This document shows, piece after piece, positions 26,339 through 38,300 of a stretch of 61,278 nucleotides of DNA; position 1 is the first letter of the stretch, and each line of letters opens with the position of its first letter. The stretch spans positions 1 to 61,278 of the IMG/VR virus record IMGVR_UViG_3300033153_009450. One strand, written 5' to 3'. This stretch comes from a virus (lineage: Duplodnaviria; Caudoviricetes). The translations under genes were made by a program, and so were the position numbers. The notes under the pieces are model-generated. The model did no database searches, had not been told where the DNA came from, and saw nothing but the letters and a program-made list of their open reading frames with translations.

Positions 26339-29300
26339 TCATGCTGCCTCTTTTTTTCCTTCAGCCTTCAACCTTCTACCTTCTTTAACCATCATCCTCT
26401 TAATCTTTCCGCGTATCCGTTTACGGGCATTCCTGATGACGGCCCGGATCTTCCTGGCCTTCCATTCATCAGATCTCCGGGAATTAATAATCCCTGCGAG
26501 TTTTCTCCGGGCGATGGTGCTCGATTCCTCTAAATATTTATCATACTGCTCTCGGCTCATTTTCTGGTTGACACCGTTTATATTCAAATACCTGCTCGGC
26601 GGTCCCATATTCAGGGTTTCGTTTTTGAGCATCTCGTTTATAACGTCCATTACAGGGTCCGGCCCCTTTTCCGCCGCAATAATCGGGGTCTCAAGTCTTG
26701 GCCCCCATGCCGTATGAGTCGCAGCGCCCATGCTGTGCATGATTGCCGTCAACCCGTCTTCCTCGCCCTGCATATACCGGATAAAATGACCCACCTGGAT
26801 GGGCTGCATATTTACCACCTGGTTAACCACTACCGATGGCAGCCGGTTCAAACCGCCTACCTTTTCCTGAAAAGCGGATTTTTTAATGGTCTTCCCCGTG
26901 GTCACAAACTCCTTGATTCCCGTAAACGGCCTTTCCGCCCAGTCGGACCCGGAAAACGCGGCGGATGCGGCACGGACAAAAGGACTGCCCTTATGTTTCA
27001 CCAACCGGAAAGGATCAATCAGTTTGAGCGGGTCAAAGAAATGTCCGCCCAAAGAAAATGTCTTTCGCTGGCCTTCGGTATCAACGCCTAACATATGGTA
27101 CAGCTTTGTAACGTCGATCTCGGTCCACCTGAGTTTATTCGCCTTGTTTGAAAGGAGCTGCTCTTCCAGGAATTCCTCGGTCTCATCCGACCCATTGAGC
27201 AGGAGCTGGGCGACAATGGTGCTCACGGCAATCCTGAGCATCACACGGCCCCAGAATCGCCTGTATACATCCTCCATAGCCTTTGGACCGGGGACATCGC
27301 CTACGGTTTTGCTGATAAATTTATTTAGCCCGGGCACCATGCCTGATACGGTCCTGAAATTGGATTCAGTCCAATCCGGCGCAAGCAATAACATCCGGGC
27401 CATCTTCTGAAGCGTGGGATTCCTGCCCATTCGTTTCAGATGCAGCCCGCCAAAGTCCGCATTAATCAACCTGGCGACCCGCTCCGCGATCTGATTAGGG
27501 TTGGGTGGCAGCTTGGACCTGCCGGATGTATATTTCTCATTCTCCTTTTGAAGCTCATGGGTGTACTCGACAACAAACGCCTCGGCCTTGAGACCTGCAA
27601 AGTATTTCTTGAACAGGCTGTCCGTGAAACGCTCACGGTAAAAGCGGCCAGCCTCTATTACCTTGCCGGTCTTTTCTAATCCTAAGTAATTTACCAGTTT
27701 TTCAGTCAATCCCGTGGATGCCCTTAATTCACTCTCCGCCCAATCCTGAAGCTCGCCTACCGTAAGCCCGTTCTTGATCCCTAACTCGATTAGGGGATGC
27801 AGATCCTCGATCTTTTTCAAACCGGCCTTAAATGCCTTGACCGGATTTACGTTCTTCCACCCATGATGTACGCCGAATACCCATGACCGCGTACCTGCCA
27901 TATGATGAAAGAAACTGGACAGGAGTATCCAGGTCTTTATGCCCGTATTAAGCCGGAGAAGCTCCTTTGCTACCGGTGTTGTATTAAAGAGCGTATCCGT
28001 GGCCGTCATCTTATTAATCATCTCGGCGATGGGTTTAGGCGCATAAAGCGGTTGTTTTTCAAACATCTTGGACACGTCCTTGGGGGGCCTCCGCTCGATA
28101 CGATCATAATGTCTTTTGTCAGCAAATTCCTCGGCCTCTTCCATGGTATCAAACAGCTTTATGGCCTTTTTCGATTCTTCATTTTTGTAAACCGCAAATT
28201 GCTCCGGTATGCGCTCGGGTGTGGTAGCAAAGAACTTGCGGCCATATGTGTCCACAACAAGGGCCTCTTCATCTCTGAATTCGGATTCAATCTCGGCCTT
28301 ACCCGCCCATCTCCACACAGAGAAACCGGACGCCTTTAGCGGTGCATATCCGGGTTTGGGCTTTGCCGTAAACATGGCATTGCCGGATACATCGACCGTA
28401 GCAACTCCGCGCTGCAAGAAAGCCTTGTTTGACATGATAGTAGCAAGTTCGGTCATATATCGTTCGTAGCTGCTCGTAATCCCCTGGACACGAAGCTCGT
28501 AACCTGCCATCCAGCCGTCTAAGATAGTATCGAAAGTCCTTTGCTTGGCCGCAGTGGTGTAGACCTTGAACCCGTAACCGGGACCGGTACCCCTAAATTC
28601 TTCGGCTTTGCCTTCCGGTAGTTTCCACAAACGCCGTACATAATTGTCCCGGTGTGTCTTAATGATCTTGTGGGCATTGGCTAACGAGAACGCATCTTCA
28701 AACAGATCACCCATATGATCAACAAAGTCATTCTGCTCATCTGTCAGCTTAAACGCCTGGTCTAATATTTTTAACTGGCCCTTGATCTTTAACCGGTCCC
28801 TGGCCGGAATATCCCCGGCTAATTGTTCTTTGGCCCATGCCCTGAATTCATCCGCTTTTTCCAGGTTATCGCCCAGATCCCGGCGTATCGTCATTGCCTT
28901 GTCAAGTTGATCCGATGCAAAAGACCTCTTCAATTCCGGCTTATATGCAAACCCCAGGGTAAGTTTCTTCCTGCTTGCCGGACCCGCCAACCTTTTGACC
29001 TGATCCTGGAGATCCCAGACACTGTTCTGGATCCGGAAAACAGCAAGGTCTTTCATCTCAAATAGCTTGTTCACAAAAGAACGATCGTTCTCAATATCCT
29101 GCGCAACCTCGCGCCCGGTCGGCTGTTTCTGTACGGAATAGTACGCCTGCCCCTCAAAAAGCACCGACTGTTTCATCTCCGATGTAATGTCAACGGAATG
29201 GACGGTCTCAAGATCATCCTTAAAATCGGCCTCGCTCGCTCGTTCTAAATTTTTCGCCATATCCTTTCTAAGCCATTTAGGTCCTTCAGGCGTTCGATAA

Positions 29301-32300
29301 TAAGCCCAATCTCCTACTTCTAATCCAACAGCACCCGCAGCGGGTTCTTTTGTAACAATCTTTTGCTCTCCAACCTTACCACTCCACTGCTTTACATATT
29401 TCCGCATGAACCCGGGGAGCAACTCATCATAGAACGCCCTCATGCCTATACCGCCGATGGAAAGATCCTCACCCTTAAACGTGCCGTAAGGTTCCTTAGA
29501 GGTTATTATCTGTTGTGCAAGGGGTTTGCCGATAACGTCTTTAAGTTCTACTTCTTTTCCTTTTATGGCGGTTGTACCTTTGAGGGGAATATTGGCGCTA
29601 AAAACAGAATTGTTTTTTTTCTTTGCTGAAACCTCTACCTCGCCTGCCGCAGTATTCTTAAACCATCTAATCTCATCAACATTCTGCCTTAATGCATCTT
29701 CATACCGTGCGATCTGGTGTTTGCCCTTAGTCCAGGCTACGGTATCAAACCCATTTTCCGCTGCATACCTGAGCATCCGCTTCATACACACTTCATGCCA
29801 GTTTTCAAGAAAAGGAGCTGGGGGGACACCAACATCAGTAGCATACATTCTGTTATGTAACCCCCTTGCTTCTTCTTCCAACATCCTTAGCCTGTCAGCA
29901 TCTTTATCTTTTGTGGCACTGATTATATCTCTCTCTATTTGTTTTAATCTATCAATTGCGTCTGTTTTTTCTTTTGGTGTCAATGGTTTAAGCTGACCCT
30001 TAAACCCCTTCTCCTTAGCTTCCTGTAACCAATCCGACTGAATCTCTTCTATAAACAGAACCCGCTTACCTTCGGCATCGGTACGCTCGTTAAACCGGAC
30101 ATGAGCTAAGACATTAGGTTCATCCCAGTGGGTAGCGCGGTAAGTATCTGGTGAAATTATTTCATCTTTACTCTTTCTTCTGTGAAGTAAACTGGCGATA
30201 TGTTTTTCGTCAACATTTAGATCGTTGAACCTTTTCCCATATTGTTCTTGTGCTGCATCATCTAAGCTAAAATCTTGTTTGACGGATATTTCCGGCAACA
30301 TAAACAGCAATTCCCGGTATCCTTCGCCGCCGGGGAGGGTATATGTTTCAAATTTCGGGGAACCTGCGCCTTCTTTTAGCTGGTCAATATGTTGTTCATA
30401 AAGACCTTCAATATCAACACCTGTTAATTTCAATAACTCTTCACTTGCATTATCATTTCCTCCGCCGCTGTCCTCATATTCATTAAGCAATTCATCAACT
30501 CTGCGTTTCCAAAAAGCAGATACAGAGATACCAATATCTCTATCTGGATATTCTTCAACAATCATCTCTTCGTCAATCATACCTCCTGGCTCTGCTTCTC
30601 CTATGATTCCCCGGAATTCTTCAATAGCATCTGTCAACGCCGCGTCTTGAATGTCAGCGGTAATGTCTGTATGCCTTACACTCTTCTCAATTTCCCTAAT
30701 CTCAATCTGATTCGCCTTCAGAAAATCAAGAAAGGCATCCTTATCAATTTTGCCTTCCTTCTGATTCTCTTTAAGCCAATCCTCAACACCCATCCATTTC
30801 ATTTCTGCCGGTTTTACCTGTTTCCGTTGCAGCCATTTAGTTAATGACTGTACCTTGCGGGGCATATCCGTTGCCGTCTCAACGGCACGCATAAGCTGTG
30901 AATAAAAGGGAGGGGCGGTTGTCGCAAACATCTGGGCTTGCTCCGCAGCGCCCGGCCCGGTTTTGAGATCAAAGATTCTCCCCGTTTCAATATCCCGCGC
31001 AACTCCCCGCGCAGTCCGGTGAAACAGGTTCACAAAACGTTCAACCCAATCCCTGATCTTTTTCAAGATCCGGCCAACAGGGCCTTTAACATCCTTGTTT
31101 AACTGATCAGCGATATAGCTTGCCCTGTCCTCCGGTCCGCCTATGTCCTCCTTATTTCTTGTAGTAAACTTGCCGTTATTGACCAATTGCTTGATCCGGG
31201 TCTTCAACGCTGCAATATCCCTGTTTGTCAAAATACCGGCATCCTCAAAGAAATGAACCGACTCATGGCTCAGGGTCCATTTATTCCCAATATCCTCCTG
31301 AATCTCGATTACGCCGCTCTTATACTTTCCGGCAATAAACTCGCCGGTCTCCTTCTGACGACCATAGGTTAATTTAAAAGACGCGCTATCCTCGGAAATC
31401 TGTTGAACGGTCTTTATTGTAACGCCATGCCCGGCCTTTGTGCGCACCCATATATCACCATCCGGCGAGATCCCCACATGCTGACCCTTGAACACGGCCC
31501 GCACATCGTCGAGGGATATGGCATCCGTAACAAATCCCCTGGTTTTCTGCCGTTTCGCGGCTTCTGGCAAAACCCCGAACGATTCATGCAATTGCTTGAT
31601 ACGAGCAGGGAGATCTTTCAGGTCTTTGACGGTTACGGAAGAATTCGTTACATTATCCGTAAAGGCATACGGCCTTCCCGCAAGGCTCTCCCATCGCCCG
31701 TCATATGTGAGATTATGTTTTTTGGTAAGCGCTGCAATGGCAGGAGTAACGGAATACTGCTCCGGTTTCTCCATGTCCGCCTTAGCCTTGGCGGCGGATT
31801 CGCCCGTTACCCATGGAGATTCGCCATATTCCTCGACAGATTGTTCAGAAAGCCCTAAGACCTCTTCCTCACCATGGCCTTCTAATGCTTGCCTTGCATT
31901 ATCTATAGCCTCTTTTTTTGAAAGACCTTGCCTTACGATAATACCGCTTCGGGCATCTGAAACAATCCATGTTCCCATGTCTTTATCTTGATGGATAAAT
32001 GTCTCAAGCCAGGGTACAATTTCAACCCCTTTCGCATCAAGCAGTGCTTCAAACTCTTTATTATTATTTAATTTATAATACGCTCTGCCCGCCGCAGGCG
32101 CTATTTCCGGCGCAGCGCCCATCAAAGTTGCATTGATCTCTCTTGATTTTTTCCTTAATTCCTCTAACTTGTCTATGTCTTTGAAGGTTTCTTTGTTAAC
32201 GGATTCGCTCTCAAGGCTGGATACCTCGGTATTGAGTTTCTTGATCAGGTCTTCATATCTCTTCAACTCACCATCTAATCCGTCAATCTCCCTGTTCAAC

Positions 32301-35300
32301 TGGCTGATATAAGTGGATATGGCGCTTTCTTCGTTCGCATAAGAGCTGACAGGCTTTACAGGAATCATATTCCCGTGTTCACCAACAAATAATGTCTGTG
32401 TATTTTGATATATATTATCAAGATACAGCGTGAATCCCCGGTACCCGCCAACAGCTAATGTTCGCTCTCTGAATTTCTTCTTGCCCTCGATCTTAGCCAT
32501 CCCGTATAGCTCGGCAAGGGCCTGGCCTGCCTCTTTCTTGTCCGTGATGGTTTTTTCTTCAATGTCGTATTCAGGAATTCCGTGGATTATAAAGCTGAAT
32601 TCCTTGTCGTCAGGTTTTGGCTGCCTGGTCTCAATATCCTTCTTTATATCCTCTATCCTTCTTCCCACCGATGTTATTCGGGTCTTTCTCGATGCAATCC
32701 CGGATTGTAAATCGAACCTCTGATCCATCCATCCACGATGCATGGCCTCCATTTTTATCAGGTCGGCATCAACCCTGACCTTTTCCAGAATCAGCGGGTT
32801 GCTGGACGCAATAGCCTTTACAGTGGCATAATCCAGAACGGCCTTGCCGATATCCTCCATCTCATCGACACCGCCCTTCATGGCCTGCACAATGAATTTT
32901 GCCTTGTTCTCTAATATCTGCCAGCGATACGCATCGAACGTGCCCCGTGTGACGTACCGGATAATATGAACTTCATCGTTCAGATTGTCGGGCCTGATAG
33001 CCCTGCCGTCTCTCTGTTCCACATCGGAAGGACGCCATGGTGCATCAAGATGATGAATGGCAATCAGTTTTCTTTGCACATTCATACCTTCTCCCATCTT
33101 GCCGGTGCTTCCCATCAAGATTCGCACCTGCCCTCTATTCATTTTTAAAAATAGTGCCGCCTTTTTCGCATCCGTATTGGCATCATGGATAAAGACGATC
33201 TCCTTCTCCGGTATGCCTCTATCTATGAGTTTTTGCCTTACATCATGATACACGTTGAATTCGTCTTTTTTGGGAATCGAAAAATCGCAGAAAATAAGCT
33301 GGGTGAGCTTGTCTTCGGAAGTCTTTTTATAAATATCAACAGCCCGGTTGATCATTAGATTGACCTTACTGCCGGGATTATCAGGTAGGGTCGGCTCGAT
33401 AAGCCGCATATCAAGGGCCGCCTTTACCCCATCCGTTGTTACGACTAAGGCATTATCTTCTCTGGGGTCAACCTGTCCACTGCGTATCGCATCCATGCGC
33501 CCGTCTAATTCCTGGATATACTCTTTCTGTTCATCCGATGGTTCCGCCCGGTTGATATCAGGTTCCCCGCCGACCATCTTGGGGACTTTCAGAAAGGGAA
33601 TATCTTCAATATGCACAATATCCGCGAACTCCCGGAACAGGGTGGATAGCTGGCCCATATTAATGAAATTCCTGAATCTGGTATGCATCCTGAAACCTGA
33701 TCCGGTAGGCGTTACCTCCGGCTCTTCCGCAACATCCCCGAAAGTAGCGGCCCATGCATCGAAATTATGGATCTGCAGATCTTTCAATACATCCTGGGCC
33801 AGATACCTCTGTATGGTAAACATCTCGCCCATGGAGTTTGAAATAGGAGTGCCGGTTGCAAAGATAACACCCCTGCCATTATTAAGGCGCTGGACATACT
33901 GTGCCTTTAGAAATAAGTCCATGGTCTTGTCCGCGCCCTGCATCTGTACCCCGGCAACACGGGTCATGCGGGTTGCGGCCCACAGGTTCTTGAACTTGTG
34001 GGATTCATCCACAAACATATAGTCGATGCCTAATTCCTCGAATGTTACGGTCTTGTCCCTCTCACCTTTTTTAAGCACCGTAGCCAGGCGGACTTCCAGC
34101 CGTCTTTTTGACTTTTCAAGCTCCTTGACTGTCTTGGTCTTGCGCCTGCCGCGATCATAAGCCGGGAGACCAGCCTCTTCTTCTATAACAGCGGCCTCTA
34201 ATTCCTGGATCTGCGCCCGGATAAAATCGGCCTGGGCCTTCTTGCTCATGGGTAGCTTGATCATATTTGGGTGGGTGATTATGACTGCATCCCAGTCGCC
34301 CGTGGTTATCCGGGCCATAAACTCGGCCCTCTGGGCGGGTGTGAGGCTCTTTTCAGTAGGGGCAAGGAGCTTGGCGCCGGGATAAAAACGCATGAATTCG
34401 CTCTGCCACTGCATAATCAAATGCTTTGGCACGATAAACAGAGGCTTTTTCGATAATCCTAACCGCTTCAGCTCCATTGCCCCCGTGATCATAGAGAGCG
34501 TCTTACCCGATCCAACCACATGGCCTAACATGGTATTCCCGCCGTGTATAATCCGCCACACGGCATCTTTTTGATTAGGTCTCAGGCTGGCCCACGCAGC
34601 CATGCCTGGCAAACGATCAGGAAGATGGCCTCCGTCATATTTCCGGTTGCGCACACTGTTAAAATTACGGTTATAGATTTCAATCAGATTCCGTTGTCTT
34701 TCGATATCCTCAAAGATCCATTTCTCAAAATGTTCTTTTATCTCTTTCTGCTTGACCTGCGCATTCACGGTGGCGGTCTGATCAACATGGGATTTGCCCT
34801 CGCTGTCGGTATACGTAATAACCGTGGCCTTTAGATTGAGCGCATCCCCGATCAGGCGGATTGCATCCGCTCCGTGAACACCCCATCTTTGCTCTCTCAA
34901 CATATTGTCAGAGCCGGACCATCTATCAAATTCCGTTACCCATGTGGCCGTCTCCGGGATATATTTTACCTTGTGCCCCCGGGCGCTTATGAGTTCGCTC
35001 AGGTACTCTTCGATATAATTGTTAGGAATCCAGCCCATACCCAACCGTGCCTTAATCCTGGATGGCGGGATATCCTCGGGTTGGGCCTTTTCCAGCGCCT
35101 CTATGTTTTCCTTATATTTACTGTCTATCTCCGCTGCTGCCCTGGCCGCCTCTAACTTGGCCCTTACATTGCCGGAGAGATATTCGTCCGCAGTTACCCG
35201 CTTCTCGCCTTCGGGATCTAAATAAACCATCCCTTTGAGTTCTTTTTCCAGCGATTCAACGCTTTGCCCGGATATACGGGCCATATGCTCGAAATCCAGC

Positions 35301-38300
35301 CCACCTCGCTCAAACATCGAGACGACAAGGGCATCCTGGGCTGTTTCAACCTTCTCGACCGGTGTGAACCGGGCCATAGTCGGCTTTCTGAATATATCGG
35401 CCTTCTCGGCTGTTTTTTCTTCCGGGTCGTAAACTTCTAATGAAAGCAACAGGGGAAGATCAGGATCATCTTCTACTGACTTCATGTTATATACATTATG
35501 GATATATCCGTAATTTTTGACAAAACGGTCGTAAACCTGGTTGAGTTTTTTCAGGTCGGATTGTTCTAAGTCTGTTTTGCCTTCAAGCTGGTTGTGGAGT
35601 GTCTGGCGGGTAATGTCCCGCAACCGGACAAGCCCCTTTATACGACCCAATTCCTTCTTTGTGCCGGGGACCGGGATAGCGTCGTCACCCTTTTTCTGGT
35701 AGATCTCCCCGTCCTGCTCAAAATAGGCGAAATTTTTGACGGTATCCGGCGCTGGCATAAGGTCTTCTGTTTTCGGGGCCTCTGTAGCCTCATGCACGGG
35801 TTTTATATACATCTCCGCAGGTATGCCCGTATCAATCGCACCGGCAAGGGCCTCGCCTAAATCCCGTCCGTCAGACGCCAGAGCCGCCCGTCCCGGATGC
35901 AGCTTATCGTCAACAAGTTTTCCAAGCATCATGTGCGGATATTTGGCAAAATACTCATTAATAAGGTATTTCTTATATTCCTTTGTCTCTACCCATTTAG
36001 CCCCCCTGGGCTTCTTGCCTGCCTCTAACTTGCGCAAAAAGATGATATCCGCCGTAACCTCGGTATTTGCTATCTTCTTGAACGCATCGCCCGGTAAGCG
36101 GATCGCGGCGACCAGTTCCGCACGCTCGGAGATGTATTCCCGGATCCGGGAATCCTTTTTATTCATCATACCCGCAGAAGTAATAAAGGTAATCAGGCCG
36201 CCGGGCCGTACCTTATCAATGGATTTTGCAAAGAAATAATCATGAATGAAAAATTTCAGGTGGTTATAGTCGGGATCAAAGACCTTGTAATCCCCGAAAG
36301 GAACATTGGAAATGGCAAGATCAAAGAAATCATTTGGCAGTTTGGTGTCTTCATATCCCTGCACGCGGATATCCGCTTCCGGGTAAAGCAGCTTTGCGAT
36401 CCTGCCGGATATTGAATCAAGCTCGATGCCGACAATTTTAGAATTCCATTCTGCCGGTACAAGCCCTTCAAACATACCCGTACCGCCCATGGCTGGATCT
36501 AAAAGTCGTCCGCCGTCAAATCCCATGCGTTTTAAGGCATCGTATATATTTGAAACAATTAAGGGCGAGGTATAGTGTGCATTAGGTGTGCTGGCCCTTG
36601 CGGCCTCGTATTCCTCTTCGGTGAGTAGTTCTTCTAATTTTTCAGCACGCCCGGTCCATGGTGTATCTTTATAGGAATAGGTCTTAAACGCCTCGGGCAT
36701 ACCGCCCCAGCCCACATACTTGACCAGAACAGCCTGGTCTTCAGGTGTGGCCTGCCGTTTTTCTTCCTCAATTTTTTTTAGGAGTTTTATGGCAGCGATA
36801 TTGCGGTCGTATTTCGCGACCTTGCCGCCGGATTCGATATCGTCTCGGTCGGTTATTCGGTAGTTTCGCCCAGCTTCGGGACCTCTTCCTCGCTCGGCAG
36901 GAGGATGTGCTGGGGCAGTACGATCTCTTCGGCCTCGTAGATCTTCAGCCCCTTCAGCACGAGGTTGCGCACTTCCTCGCCCGCCCTCTCCCCGGACTCC
37001 TTCAGGAACTCGTTCAGCTCTCCCTTCTCCTGCAATTCCTGAAACATCGTCGGGCGGAATTCCTTCAAGTGGTCGTGTGCCCTCAGTGCGTACCCCCTCA
37101 ACTCTTTCAGGTTTGCGTCCACCTTCTTCACCCCCTATCTCTTCTCTGACGAATTTTTCAAAATAGGGCCTACCCCTAATTCCAAGATTGTCTACGGCAA
37201 TGGAAACAAATTCTTCAAGGCTTTTTCCCGCAGCAACGATCTCGTCCCATGCCTCTTTGAGTAAGACCCTGACCTGTTGCCATGTTGTATCGTTCTCATC
37301 TATTTCCTCAAACGATATTACGCCTTCATCACCTAATAACTTATTGATCTCTTTAAACTTGGAAACTGCGTTCGCAACATGCTCCCCGGCCTCTTTCAGT
37401 TTCTCCTTTGCCGGTGGTTTCGCACCCTGCCTGGCAGCCTGTTCCTTTTTCTTTTCTGCCAGCCTGCGATCATATGCTGCTAACAAATCTTCAGGGGTTG
37501 CTTTTAATTTAACCTCTTTTTTCTCCTTTGTCAAGGCCCCTGTTTCTTCCTTGTCCGCCGGAGCTTCTCTGTCCGCCTTAGCCTTGGCGGCGGCGGAAGC
37601 GGCGGCGGATTCAACAACTTCCGGCGCCTTACCTGTCTCGGCCTCCACTTCTTTGTCCGATGCCTGTATCTTAGCACCGCTGTCGGTCTTGACAAGATAA
37701 CCGACCATTCCACCGGCCTTTGTCCCGTAGATCGTTGTAAACTTAATAGAAATTACCTCGACAACCTCACCATGCTGCTTGGTCCCGGTCTTAAGTACAA
37801 CCCGATCACCCTTTGCGAACTTGCTTGGCTTTTCTACCTCTTCTTCTACCCCAGCTTCTTTGACTTCGCCTTTTTTTTCTTCCAGTACTCCACCTGGTTC
37901 AGCCGGTGATACGCCGTGCCCTTCGCCGGGTTCTTCCGGTCGCCTTTCTCCTGGTACGGGCCGCCCAGGTGCCTTCTCTTCCCGTCCGGGCCTTTCTTCT
38001 CGCTCAGGACGTGATACCCGTCCTTTCTCTTCACTAACATGTTCCTTCTCCTTAATGGTATATGGCAGGCTTTCTTTTTCAAGAATTTCTATAACCTTAT
38101 CGTAAGGGATACCAACGTCTTCCCCTTCTTCATTAAAGAATACATTCTCGCCGAAAACCTCAACAGCGGCATCCTGCTCATCGCCGGAAAAATCATCAGG
38201 CAGCCATGCCCTGCCATCATCCCGGATCTCAACATAACTCCTGCCGCCCCGGGCATTCTCGAAATCAATCCCTGCTACGTCTTTGGCAAGCAGTGTCTTA

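Noticed and set aside
37531-37713. Third same-strand nested ORF in the giant gene
   Set aside because: Pro/Arg-rich text from palindromes; the giant frame is the protein-like one here
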